A DNA stretch of 64,000 nucleotides from an uncultured bacterium (GTDB lineage Bacteria; Fidelibacterota; UBA2242; JAFGTP01). A program made the translations under genes and the position numbers. Within the stretch, counting starts at the first letter, position 1. Each line of letters opens with the position of its first letter. Where the stretch lies: contig CAZCHS010000004.1 of NCBI GenBank assembly GCA_964498725.1, forward strand, positions 26,876-90,875. The letters run 5' to 3'. This document shows positions 7,393 to 16,617 of this stretch, piece by piece. Under the pieces are notes generated by a model that saw only the letters and a program-made list of their open reading frames with translations, was not told the DNA's origin and ran no database searches.

Positions 7393-8406
7393 ATGAAAAA
7401 ACAATTATTACTAATCCTTTTGATTTCAATTATGTTATTTACTTGTGGTCAAAAAGAAGAAAAATTTACATTTGAGCCAGGCACACAGGCTTATGAATTG
7501 GCCGATACTTTAGCAACTAAAATAGAACGCCTTGACCCAAAGAAAAATGATGTGTTGGTGAAGACGGAAGATTTTACTGTAACAGTAGGCGAAACACTGG
7601 AAGGTATTTTTCAGAATTTTGGTCCCAATGCAAACCAATTGGCCAGTATGCAACCGGATGTTATCAAAAACATCATTATGAGCAATGCTAATGCTCTTGC
7701 GGAAAAGAAAATACTGGAAAACAAAGCCAAAGAAATGGGATACACTGTTGATCAGGCGGAAATCGATTCGGTTATGCAATTGCAATATGATGCTGCCGGC
7801 GGAGAAGAATCTTTTAAACAGCGAATTGCTGAAAACAATATTGAATTATCTGTCGTCAGGGAATCAATTGAGAGCGGTATGCTGATCAGTGCCCTGATGG
7901 AAGATGAAATCAAAGAAGAAGATTTCGTCATTACAGAAGCTGAAATCAAAGCAAAATTTAATCCTGAATCCAGCCGACATGCGCAACATATTTTAATTGA
8001 TACACGGCAGGATACAACAGCGGAACAAAAAGCCGCTGCCAAAAAAGAAATTGAAGCTGTCCTGGCCAAAGCCAAAATGGGCGATGATTTCGGTGAACTG
8101 GCAATAGAATACTCCGATTGCCCCAGTTCGGAAAAAGGTGGCGACCTGGGAAAAATAACCCGTGGACAAATGGTTCCTGCTTTCGATGAAGCGGTATTTG
8201 ATATGGAAGTCGATGAAATCAGCGATGTTGTCGAAACCCAGTTTGGTTATCATATTATTAAATTGAATAAAATTGATACTAATAAGTATGAGGACCAGCG
8301 CGAACAACTTAAAAATCAAGTTATCGACGATAAGAAAAAAACTGCTTACGAAGAATATCTGAATGAAATTAAAGAAAAAGTAAATTATCAGGAATTAACC
8401 CTGTAG
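7393..8406 (+). CDS. parvulin-type peptidyl-prolyl isomerase lipoprotein (PrsA/SurA-like)
   Basis: Signal peptide with lipobox (MLFTCG). Parvulin block HAQHILI...CPSSEKGGDLG...MVPAFDEAVF...TQFGYHIIK. ATG 7393 is preferred because AGGAG abuts the upstream ATG 7387. Confidence 0.85.
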   Translation: MKKQLLLILLISIMLFTCGQKEEKFTFEPGTQAYELADTLATKIERLDPKKNDVLVKTEDFTVTVGETLEGIFQNFGPNANQLASMQPDVIKNIIMSNANALAEKKILENKAKEMGYTVDQAEIDSVMQLQYDAAGGEESFKQRIAENNIELSVVRESIESGMLISALMEDEIKEEDFVITEAEIKAKFNPESSRHAQHILIDTRQDTTAEQKAAAKKEIEAVLAKAKMGDDFGELAIEYSDCPSSEKGGDLGKITRGQMVPAFDEAVFDMEVDEISDVVETQFGYHIIKLNKIDTNKYEDQREQLKNQVIDDKKKTAYEEYLNEIKEKVNYQELTL

Positions 8407-8431
8407 TCTAAAATTCTTTAAATTTTTATTT

Positions 8432-8468
8432 AAAAGGCTGAAATTATTAATTTTTCAGCCTTTTATTA
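8432..8468 (+). terminator. rho-independent terminator
   Basis: AAAAGGCTGAAA ... TTTCAGCCTTTT stem plus a T-rich tail. Confidence 0.7.
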
Positions 8469-8482
8469 TTTAGGAGTAATAG

Positions 8483-9547
8483 ATGACAATAATCCAACCG
8501 ACTTTTCTTGTTGATCTAAAAAAATGCAATCAAAACATTCAAAAAATTCTCGCCATTGCTGAAAAATATCAGTTGGACTTTCGCCCTCACTTTAAAACGC
8601 ACCAATCATCGGTAATTGGCGAATTATTCAGAGAAGCCGGCATCACTAAGATCACTGTGTCATCAGTGGATATGGCAGTGTTTTTTATCTCCCGGGGTTG
8701 GCGGGACATTACAATTGCTTTTCCATTGAACATTCTGGAAATGAAGCGGATCAATGCCCTGGCACAAAATGCCTCGATCAATCTATTAGCCGACCACATC
8801 TCTCACCTTGAGGCGATTCAGTCACATTTACAGCATCAGGCCGGTGTATTCATTGAAATCGATACCGGCGATCACCGTACCGGGATTCAAGCGACAGACA
8901 AAGATAAAATCGCCGGGATGATCCAAAAAATCAATCGTACTGAATTCGCGAATTTCAAAGGGTTTCTGACTCACGCCGGCCATACATACCATGCAAAAAA
9001 TCAACAGGAAATCCTAAAGATTCACAATCACACTGTCCAGTATATGAATGATCTCAAGACCTTATTCAGCGGCCACAACCCCATTGCCTCCATTGGTAAT
9101 ACACCCTCCTGCAGTATTGCCAGTAATTTTACCAATATTGATGAAATACGGCCGGGAAATTTTGTCTATTATGATTTGACACAACACACTCTGGGCGCCT
9201 GCCGCGAGAGTGAAATCGCGGTTGTACTGGCTGCCCCGGTCGTCTCCAAAAAACCGGAAAAAAGTGAGATCATTGTTCATAGTGGCGGTGTCCATCTCTC
9301 TAAAGAATTCCTGAATTTCAATGGCCAATGTATTTACGGAAAAATAGTGCTTCTCAGAGAAAGAGGCTGGTCTGAATCATTGGATAATTGCTTTGTTACA
9401 AAATTATCACAAGAACACGGCACCATAAAGATCGATGAAAAATATTATAATCAATTAAATATTGGTGATGTGATTGGAATACTGCCGGTGCATTCCTGCA
9501 TGACAGCCAATTTAATGAAAGAGAATACAAAATATATTATAAGGTGA
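8483..9547 (+). CDS. alanine racemase-fold PLP enzyme, D-serine dehydratase/D-threonine aldolase-like (DSD1 family)
   Basis: The RPHFKTHQS block matches the RPHxKTH PLP-lysine motif of this family. Length and C-terminal beta domain are consistent. Confidence 0.65.
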   Translation: MTIIQPTFLVDLKKCNQNIQKILAIAEKYQLDFRPHFKTHQSSVIGELFREAGITKITVSSVDMAVFFISRGWRDITIAFPLNILEMKRINALAQNASINLLADHISHLEAIQSHLQHQAGVFIEIDTGDHRTGIQATDKDKIAGMIQKINRTEFANFKGFLTHAGHTYHAKNQQEILKIHNHTVQYMNDLKTLFSGHNPIASIGNTPSCSIASNFTNIDEIRPGNFVYYDLTQHTLGACRESEIAVVLAAPVVSKKPEKSEIIVHSGGVHLSKEFLNFNGQCIYGKIVLLRERGWSESLDNCFVTKLSQEHGTIKIDEKYYNQLNIGDVIGILPVHSCMTANLMKENTKYIIR

Positions 9548-10484
9548 TTTTAAGTCCCTCGTAGGCCAATGCAATCTCGAGATTACCGGCAGGATAATGG
9601 GTTGTGTTATAAACACGGACCTTTTGTAAATTTTCCTGTATTTCCAGGTCGGTTTTGTCGGGATCATGGTGGAATAGTACCAACTTTTTCACGCCGGCGG
9701 CATTTGCTAAGTCCACACCTTTTTCGCCGGTGCAATGCCCATAGTCTTTTTTCTCCGCAATTTCCTCCGCGCTAAATTGGGAATCAAAGATCAGGACATC
9801 ACCGTTTTTGCAAAAGGATTCCATCTCCGGAGTGACAGACTCAAAAAAGAGATCAGTCATGTAAATAACTGACTTATTCTCCTGGCTCAACTTGTAGGCA
9901 TAGGATTTTCCGGGATGATTTTGCAATAAATGGGTGATTTCACAATTATCAATTTTAAAAGTATCACGGGATAAATGGTAGAAGGATTTTTTGGCTTTTA
10001 ACAATTCAAATCCCACAGGAAAAAAGCGGTGGTCCTGCTGATATTCCAGGCGCAGTTTTAGCTTTTCCAAAGGACTATAAAATTTTAAATGGGATTTTTT
10101 ATTATGGGCGGGTTGAAAAAAGGGTAATCCGGAAATATGGTCCCAATGGGTATGGGAAAGAAAAATATGAAATTCATGGTTATATTTTTCCGGATGCCTT
10201 TCAATATATTTTCCCAGGGGCTTCATGCCACTGCCCATATCCATAATCAGGTTTTTATCTTCGGTGTTTATTTCAATACAGGAAGTATTTCCACCGATAG
10301 AGCCAAAATCCAATGGAGAAAGACCCTCCAGGAATTTCCGCAATTTATCATTGTCACTGAGTTTTTCATGAGATTTTTTTTGTGCCAGAAATATTAATTT
10401 CTCTTTGATTTGCTCTGTTGATATAGGTGTCGGAATAGAACCGCGAACACCCCAAAATTTTATTTCCATAAATTTCTTTGTCAA
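9537..10484 (-). CDS. MBL-fold metallo-hydrolase
   Basis: LSHTHWDHISGLPFF is an HxHxDH motif. Later H and D ligands are present (LFHHDPD). Confidence 0.8.
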   Translation of the reverse strand: MTKKFMEIKFWGVRGSIPTPISTEQIKEKLIFLAQKKSHEKLSDNDKLRKFLEGLSPLDFGSIGGNTSCIEINTEDKNLIMDMGSGMKPLGKYIERHPEKYNHEFHIFLSHTHWDHISGLPFFQPAHNKKSHLKFYSPLEKLKLRLEYQQDHRFFPVGFELLKAKKSFYHLSRDTFKIDNCEITHLLQNHPGKSYAYKLSQENKSVIYMTDLFFESVTPEMESFCKNGDVLIFDSQFSAEEIAEKKDYGHCTGEKGVDLANAAGVKKLVLFHHDPDKTDLEIQENLQKVRVYNTTHYPAGNLEIALAYEGLKITL

Positions 10485-10602
10485 TTGTTAATAAATTACC
10501 CTTAATAATAATAGAATATATAAAATTGAAGTTTGATTTGGAACACTTAATGAAAAATATATTTGATTTTAAGGATAATTGATTTAGTTTTGCTGAAAAA
10601 TT

Positions 10603-11550
10603 ATGAGGACAAACTTGATTGAAAAACTCTACCGGGAGGTTGATAACTTTCCTAAAAGAATCAGGCGAAAGGAAAAAAACCGGTTTTTGGATTATATCAC
10701 TGAGAAAATAACCAATCTGGGATATGAAATTAAACAAACCAAAGGCCGTTATATTTTTAAATCAGTTAATCTGGAAACAGAAAATGATGATGCAGACATT
10801 ATTCTTGGCGCTCATTATGATACGCCCACAATTCTACCATTTTTTTTCGAATATCTTTTTAAAATATTTGGCCATACACGACAATTCTTTATGATTTTCG
10901 GCCTATTCTTGCTGTATGCGGGGTTTAAATTTATTGCCAGTGAATTTCCCGACTACAACTGGCTTTTCACCACAATAAAATATTTATTCTGGCTGTCCTT
11001 TATTACCATATTGATTCCCAACCCGAACAACAGGAATGATAATACAAGTGGTGTTGTAACACTATTGGCTGTGGCAGAAAAACTATCCCATTATGAACAC
11101 TTAAAAAAAAGGGTCAAATTTGTTTTCTTTGATAACGAGGAACTGGGGCTGCTCGGTTCGTTTATGCAGGCCAAAAAATGGAAAAAGCAGCAGTTTCCGG
11201 CAAAGACCAAAAAATTTATCACAGTGGGCTGTGTCGGGCGCGGAGAAGTTCCGGTCATTATCTATCATAAAAAAGATACGCTTGCTAAAAATTTGCACGA
11301 AATATTTATCAAAAAATCCCAAAAGGCCCGAATCATCCGGCTGCCTTTTTATCCCCTTTCCGACAATTATATTTTGGGAAGTTCCGGCGCTGTCAATATA
11401 TCCTGGATGGATAAAACAGTGATTCCCGGCGGATATTATATCAGGAATATCCATTCTCCCAAAGACAAAGATGTTGATTATAATAAATTAGAAATAGTCA
11501 CCAATGTCCTGTTTGAATTATTCAAACAAGGGAACGGCCATGAAAAATAA
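10603..11550 (+). CDS. M28-family metallopeptidase with a hydrophobic insertion
   Basis: ILGAHYDT, NDNTSGVVTLLAVAEKL and FVFFDNEELGLLGS match M28 metal-ligand blocks. About 75 hydrophobic residues separate the first two blocks. Confidence 0.6.
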   Translation: MRTNLIEKLYREVDNFPKRIRRKEKNRFLDYITEKITNLGYEIKQTKGRYIFKSVNLETENDDADIILGAHYDTPTILPFFFEYLFKIFGHTRQFFMIFGLFLLYAGFKFIASEFPDYNWLFTTIKYLFWLSFITILIPNPNNRNDNTSGVVTLLAVAEKLSHYEHLKKRVKFVFFDNEELGLLGSFMQAKKWKKQQFPAKTKKFITVGCVGRGEVPVIIYHKKDTLAKNLHEIFIKKSQKARIIRLPFYPLSDNYILGSSGAVNISWMDKTVIPGGYYIRNIHSPKDKDVDYNKLEIVTNVLFELFKQGNGHEK

Positions 11551-12409
11551 CCCGTTAATAGGTTATTTCTACACCTTCCTGGCCTTCCTGATCTGGGGAC
11601 TTCTGCCGGTTTACTGGAAGCAATTAAGCCATGTTACGGCCCTTGAAATTCTTGTCAACCGAATTCTCTGGACCTTTGTTATATTATTTATTTTGGTATT
11701 GATCAAATATCGTCAGTATATATTGCAAATCATAAAAACAAATAAGGGTTTTAAATACCTATTGGTTTCCGCTGTTTTCCTTGGCACCAACTGGTATCTG
11801 TTCATTTACGCCATTAGTATCAATCGAATTCTGGATGCCAGCCTGGGGTATTACATAAATCCGCTGGTGAGCGTATTATTAGGCGTGATCTTTCTCAAAG
11901 AAAAACTCCCGAAGCCCCAGATTGTGGCGGTGATACTGGCAATGATCGGCGTGCTCTACCTGACCTTGAATTTCGGACGATTGCCACTCCTCTCTCTGAC
12001 ATTAGCCTTTTCGTTCGGTTCCTATGGTTTGATCCGGAAAAAGATCAATATCAAACCGATTCCGGCGGTCATGATAGAATCACTGCTCCTTTTTCCACTT
12101 TTCCTGCTTATCTTTATTCTTTCAATTGATTCATTTCAGGAGATAATGTTTTTCAATTCAAATCCTTATACTATATTTTTACTGATCGGTGCGGGTGTGG
12201 TGACATTGGTTCCACTGGTTTTTTACGGCCAGGGGGTCACGATGATTCCGCTGAAGAGTGTCGGCTTTATTCAATACATCACACCAACATTTATGCTGCT
12301 TATTGGTACCATTATTTATGGAGAGCCATTTACAACCGTGCATTTAATTAGTTTTGTTTTTATATGGGTAGCGTTGGGGATTTATACCTGGTCGGTGTTC
12401 CGAAGGTGA
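11540..12409 (+). CDS. rarD: RarD/EamA-family (DMT) transporter
   Basis: GYFYTFLAFLIWGLLPVYWKQL is a typical RarD N-terminus. About 10 predicted TM segments. The start is set at MKNNPLIG (ATG 11540), overlapping the previous stop. Confidence 0.75.
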   Translation: MKNNPLIGYFYTFLAFLIWGLLPVYWKQLSHVTALEILVNRILWTFVILFILVLIKYRQYILQIIKTNKGFKYLLVSAVFLGTNWYLFIYAISINRILDASLGYYINPLVSVLLGVIFLKEKLPKPQIVAVILAMIGVLYLTLNFGRLPLLSLTLAFSFGSYGLIRKKINIKPIPAVMIESLLLFPLFLLIFILSIDSFQEIMFFNSNPYTIFLLIGAGVVTLVPLVFYGQGVTMIPLKSVGFIQYITPTFMLLIGTIIYGEPFTTVHLISFVFIWVALGIYTWSVFRR

Positions 12410-12424
12410 TTATTATTCCAATCA

Positions 12425-12745
12425 TCACTTTAATAACCTGGATAATAACACATCTTCAAAACCTCTTCTGCTATCAATTACTGCCAGAATAAAAATAGCA
12501 TCTTGTTCAACTTTATAAATGATACGCCATTTAGTCACAATAATTTCACGATAGATAGTAATATGATAGCGCCTAAATTCGGGAACGATACGGCCCTGTT
12601 TTGGAAAATGAGTTAACTTTTCACAATTGTTTCTAATCTCAGTAAAAATATTCATTGCAGTTTCCATACTATCTTCAGCAATGAAATCAATAATCTCCTC
12701 CAAATCACAGGAAGCAACTTTTGTCCATTGAACTGAAAATTTCAT
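12425..12745 (-). CDS. type II toxin, RelE/ParE family
   Basis: 106 aa with a 4-nt overlap onto the upstream antitoxin. The Q..DLEEI..FI...S...A......I......L..FP..GR.VPE pattern is typical of ParE/RelE. Confidence 0.75.
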   Translation of the reverse strand: MKFSVQWTKVASCDLEEIIDFIAEDSMETAMNIFTEIRNNCEKLTHFPKQGRIVPEFRRYHITIYREIIVTKWRIIYKVEQDAIFILAVIDSRRGFEDVLLSRLLK

Positions 12746-13014
12746 TTTTCTAATTTTCCCTGAATCCGATTAAATACAACAGATTGTTCTTCATAATTTT
12801 TTGATTCAATATCCTTTTCACCCTGGGCAATAATTTTAAGCAATTTCAACGAATTATTGAGGTTATCATAACTCTCGGGGTCCATGATAACCGCTTTTGC
12901 TTCACCGTTCTGAGTAACATAAACAGGATTTTTGGACTCGTTCACCTGGGATAAAATTTCACTGGCATTGGCTTTCACATAGGAAATTGATCGAATATCT
13001 TTTTTTAATTGCAT
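12742..13014 (-). CDS. type II antitoxin, Phd/YefM family
   Basis: ISYVKANASEILSQVNESKNPVYVTQNGEAKAVIMDPESYDNL is the Phd/YefM N-terminal fold pattern. The start is set at MQLKKD, preceded by GGAGG. Confidence 0.8.
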   Translation of the reverse strand: MQLKKDIRSISYVKANASEILSQVNESKNPVYVTQNGEAKAVIMDPESYDNLNNSLKLLKIIAQGEKDIESKNYEEQSVVFNRIQGKLEK

Positions 13015-13133
13015 AAATACCTCCAATGACTGAATTTAGTATCTAATTTAGTTAATCACAAAAATTTTTTGGCTATTATATTTTAACTGACCTTTTTATG
13101 GAAGATTCTTCTATAAATTACTAGATTACAACC

Positions 13134-14753
13134 ATGAAAATATGCCTGATACAGCCACCCATCGATGATTTTTACACCACAGAAATCCGCAATATTCCTT
13201 TGGGTTTACTCTTAGTCGGCGCACAATTGAAAAACCACGAAGTATCATTGACAGACCTCAGAAAAGGTAAAATACGAGCCATAGCATTTCCAGAGGAATT
13301 TACGGAATTAAAAAAATATTACCGTCAGGATGATAAATCACCATTCGGACTCTATAAAAATTATTCCCGGTTTGGTTACAAAAAAGAGGAGTTTGACGAA
13401 ATCATTCCTGTAGATATTGATATTTTTGGGATCAGCGCGAATTTCACCACCTATTCCGATAATGTAATTGAAGTCATTGATTTTCTGCGCAATCAGCGTC
13501 CAAAGGCACAAATCATTGTCGGTGGTCATGCCTGCGCTGCAACACCGGGATATTTCATCCTATATGGCGCTGACTTTGAAATTTACGGCGAAGGCGAACT
13601 GACATTCCAGGATCTGATTGAGGCCATTTCCAAAAAACAAGCAAACCTCTCGCCTATTCCCAACCTGGTCTGGAAAAAGGATAAAAAGATAGTCATCAAT
13701 GAACAGAAATTTATAATCAATCTTGATGATCTGGCTTTTGCCGATTATAATATTCCCGGCACTCCTGTATATTCTTTTGGTCGAAAAAAACACGCCATGC
13801 TGATGATCAGCCGCGGTTGCCCTAATCAATGCAGTTTCTGCTCAATTCATCAAGTGATGGGATACCGATACCGTACGCGCAGTGTTGACAATGTTATTGC
13901 AGAAATTGATGAGAAAATTCAGCAGGGTTTTCGCTCCTTTGATTTTGAGGATGACCATTTTGGCGGTAGAAAAAAATGGCTCAATGAATTTCTCGACAGA
14001 ATTATCGAAAATTATTCAGAATATGATCTTACTTTTCAGGCAATGAACGGCATTACAGCCACAAATCTCGATGAAAATTTATTGGTCAAGATGAAACAGG
14101 CCGGCTTTTCATCCTTAAACCTGGCGCTGGTCAGTGAAAAGGAAATTGAACAAGACTACCTTAATCGACCTTTTAATACAGAAAAATTCACCGACCTGGT
14201 TTTTCTTGCTAAAAAACATGATTTTTTTGTTACCGCATATATTATTTTAGGACTGCCGGGGCACACCCTTGAACAAATGCTGAATTCGATATTGTTCCTG
14301 GGGGAACTGCCGGTTTTGATCGGGCCGTCTTTTTTCTACCTGGTGCCAAAAACCAGAATTTTTGATGATTGCCAAAAACAGAATAAAATTCCTGCAAATA
14401 TTAAGATGTTTCGATCTTCTTATATGCCCTATGAAACAGATAAATTTTCCCGATCAGACCTGATGACACTGTTTCGTATTACACGAATCATAAATTTCCG
14501 CAAGGAAACAAAAAATGTAAATTTTGTTCCTGACTACGAAATCTCCGGAGACATACTTACAGTTTCAACAAATATCGATAGTAATGGCAAGAGAATTCAA
14601 TTGGGAAATGCACTGTTGAAGCTGCTGCAAACTTCCGGGAAAGTATTTGGAATAAAAAAACTTCAAAAAAATCGTTATCAATTAAGAGAAGAGAATGTGA
14701 ATCAATCGTTGGTAGAATTATTTTTATCACGATTGAAAAAGGTACAGATTTGA
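13134..14753 (+). CDS. B12-binding domain-containing radical SAM enzyme (COG1032-like), substrate unknown
   Basis: N-terminal Rossmann-like B12-binding region (ICLIQPP...IIVGGHA). SRGCPNQCSFCS is the CxxxCxxC radical SAM cluster motif. Confidence 0.8.
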   Translation: MKICLIQPPIDDFYTTEIRNIPLGLLLVGAQLKNHEVSLTDLRKGKIRAIAFPEEFTELKKYYRQDDKSPFGLYKNYSRFGYKKEEFDEIIPVDIDIFGISANFTTYSDNVIEVIDFLRNQRPKAQIIVGGHACAATPGYFILYGADFEIYGEGELTFQDLIEAISKKQANLSPIPNLVWKKDKKIVINEQKFIINLDDLAFADYNIPGTPVYSFGRKKHAMLMISRGCPNQCSFCSIHQVMGYRYRTRSVDNVIAEIDEKIQQGFRSFDFEDDHFGGRKKWLNEFLDRIIENYSEYDLTFQAMNGITATNLDENLLVKMKQAGFSSLNLALVSEKEIEQDYLNRPFNTEKFTDLVFLAKKHDFFVTAYIILGLPGHTLEQMLNSILFLGELPVLIGPSFFYLVPKTRIFDDCQKQNKIPANIKMFRSSYMPYETDKFSRSDLMTLFRITRIINFRKETKNVNFVPDYEISGDILTVSTNIDSNGKRIQLGNALLKLLQTSGKVFGIKKLQKNRYQLREENVNQSLVELFLSRLKKVQI

Positions 14754-15008
14754 CTGTAATAGAGTAGGATAAAGTAGAACTTCCAAATGAATTTTCCATT
14801 CTTAGTCACTAAACAGGCGTTTGTAAACCAGCAGTTGTCTGTTTTAAAATTTACGATATAATCCTTGAATAGGATTTTTCTGATTAGCAATTCAATTTCT
14901 ATAGCAAGACTGAATTACATCCTGATTAAAAATCACCTTCTTCTTTTAATCTATTGATGATTTAATATTTTACCTTTAATTTAAAACAAAATTATTTGGA
15001 GAAATCAA

Positions 15009-15218
15009 ATGAAAAAATCCTTTACTTTAGAATATTGGCAAGATGATAAATGGTTTGTTGGCAAACTCAAAGAGATCCCAGGAGTATTTAGTCAGGGTGA
15101 AACACTGAATGAATTGTTTGAAAACATTCAGGATGCTTACAATATGATGGTGGAGAGTTCTGATTTAAGTATCGATCATCCTGATTCTAAAATTATTGAA
15201 TTGGGAATTGAAATTTGA
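15009..15218 (+). CDS. hicB: HicB-family antitoxin (UPF0150 fold, short form)
   Basis: FTLEYWQDDKWFVGKLKEIPGVFSQGETLNELFENIQDAYNMM is the classical HicB N-domain pattern. Confidence 0.75.
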   Translation: MKKSFTLEYWQDDKWFVGKLKEIPGVFSQGETLNELFENIQDAYNMMVESSDLSIDHPDSKIIELGIEI

Positions 15219-15394
15219 AAAGAACAATTCTTCTTAAATATCTGGTTAAAAATCACTGTATACTTAAAAGACATGGCAGCAAACATGATATCTATGTCAA
15301 TATCATTACAGGAAAACAAACACCAATCCCCAGACATTCAGAAATCAGCGAGTCACTTGCGAAATTGATCAAGAAGCAGTTGGGAGTTGATTAA
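15215..15394 (+). CDS. hicA: HicA-family mRNA interferase toxin (59 aa, TTG start, not in ORF track)
   Basis: Hand translation from TTG 15215 (4-nt overlap with the hicB stop) gives (M)KRTILLKYLVKNHCILKRHGSKHDIYVNIITGKQTPIPRHSEISESLAKLIKKQLGVD, stop at 15392-15394. It contains the HicA pattern G-SKH...PRH.EI....I.KQLG. Confidence 0.75.
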   Translation: MKRTILLKYLVKNHCILKRHGSKHDIYVNIITGKQTPIPRHSEISESLAKLIKKQLGVD

Positions 15395-15497
15395 AACCTT
15401 TTGCAAGATTTATTTACAACACATCGGATCAACAACTTACCAAATTGTTAAATATTCATTTCACAGTTAAAAAAATACAGACGTAATTGCTAAAAAG

Positions 15498-15523
15498 AAG
15501 AGGCTGCCTTACGACAGCCTCTT
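15498..15523 (-). terminator. hairpin terminator downstream of the PorV-like gene (may also serve hicA)
   Basis: AAGAGGCTG ... CAGCCTCTT stem. An A-run on the + side gives a T-run on the - strand. Confidence 0.55.
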
Positions 15524-15544
15524 TAGGTCAAGTAAGGGGCTACA

Positions 15545-16576
15545 CTAGAAACCGACACTAATGGAAAAGTATTGATTCGCATCAAACAATTCCATCGGTC
15601 TGAAAGCATAATCAAAATATACTTTAGTGCCCGCCATGGCCATATTGAGTCCCAAACCATAGCTTAAGTCAAACTGACCATCCTTGTCCCATTCCCAATC
15701 ATCAGGATAGAGATTCTGGATATAACCGGCTCTGAGAAGGAGAAGATTATTAATATTCACTTCCCCACCCAGATTTAATTTGTCCAGTTCCAGTGTATTT
15801 TTACTGTATTGACTAAAAACTGCGACAGATGCCGCATTACTTAATTTTCTGGTATAAGCCACACCCATATTCATACTGGTTGGCAATTCCGCCGAAGCCA
15901 TGTCCAGTTTTGTTTTGCGGGTTGTGGCATTGGGATTTGCAAAAGGTATATTGGAATCAAATTCAATTTCCGGCCCGTCGAATGTCATGTCGGTACCGAT
16001 ATTTTTCATAGTAATTCCAAAATCCAGACCAAAATTTGTCCGGTATTGCAAACCAAAATCAAATCCCATTGCGCTGGCCGACATGTTTCCAATGTTCTCA
16101 CTAATAATTTTAATATTGGAGCCAAAGGAGACTTTATTTGTCATTTTTTTGGAATAGGTTAATCCGGCAGTCAGGTAATCAGGACTAATTTCCTGTCCTG
16201 TACCTTCGGGGGAATTGATTGTCGTTACTTCTATTTTTCCAATATTGAGGGATTGTATACTGACACCGATTATTCCCAGCCGGCCCAGATTGACACCGGT
16301 GGTGATATAGGAGACTTTCATGTCAGCAAAATAATCCAGGTAACTGAAACTGGCCTCTGCCTGCTTTATATATGCCAAACCGGCCGGGTTCCAGTAAATT
16401 GCTTCTGTTCCATCTACCTTTGCAATATCAGCGCAACCCAGGGATACATTTCTGGCCCCCATTGGAATCAATAATTCAGGCGCGGCAGCGGTGCCCAAGC
16501 GGGTTCCGCTGGCAAAAACCACCTGTGTAAATAGTAGTAATAATAAACATATAATTTTAATATCGTTTCTTTTCAT
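15545..16576 (-). CDS. PorV/PorQ-family outer-membrane beta-barrel (T9SS cargo shuttle-like)
   Basis: Signal peptide (LLLLLFTQVVFASG). AAAPELLIPMGARNVSLGCADIAKVDGTEAIYWNPAGLA resembles the PorV/UPF0164 N-terminal motif. Alternating beta-strand pattern and C-terminal ...YFSISVGF. The start is set at MKRNDIK with GGAGG upstream. Confidence 0.6.
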   Translation of the reverse strand: MKRNDIKIICLLLLLFTQVVFASGTRLGTAAAPELLIPMGARNVSLGCADIAKVDGTEAIYWNPAGLAYIKQAEASFSYLDYFADMKVSYITTGVNLGRLGIIGVSIQSLNIGKIEVTTINSPEGTGQEISPDYLTAGLTYSKKMTNKVSFGSNIKIISENIGNMSASAMGFDFGLQYRTNFGLDFGITMKNIGTDMTFDGPEIEFDSNIPFANPNATTRKTKLDMASAELPTSMNMGVAYTRKLSNAASVAVFSQYSKNTLELDKLNLGGEVNINNLLLLRAGYIQNLYPDDWEWDKDGQFDLSYGLGLNMAMAGTKVYFDYAFRPMELFDANQYFSISVGF

Positions 16577-16617
16577 AATTTTTACCTCCATAATTAGGTT
16601 ATCAGAAAAACTGACCA

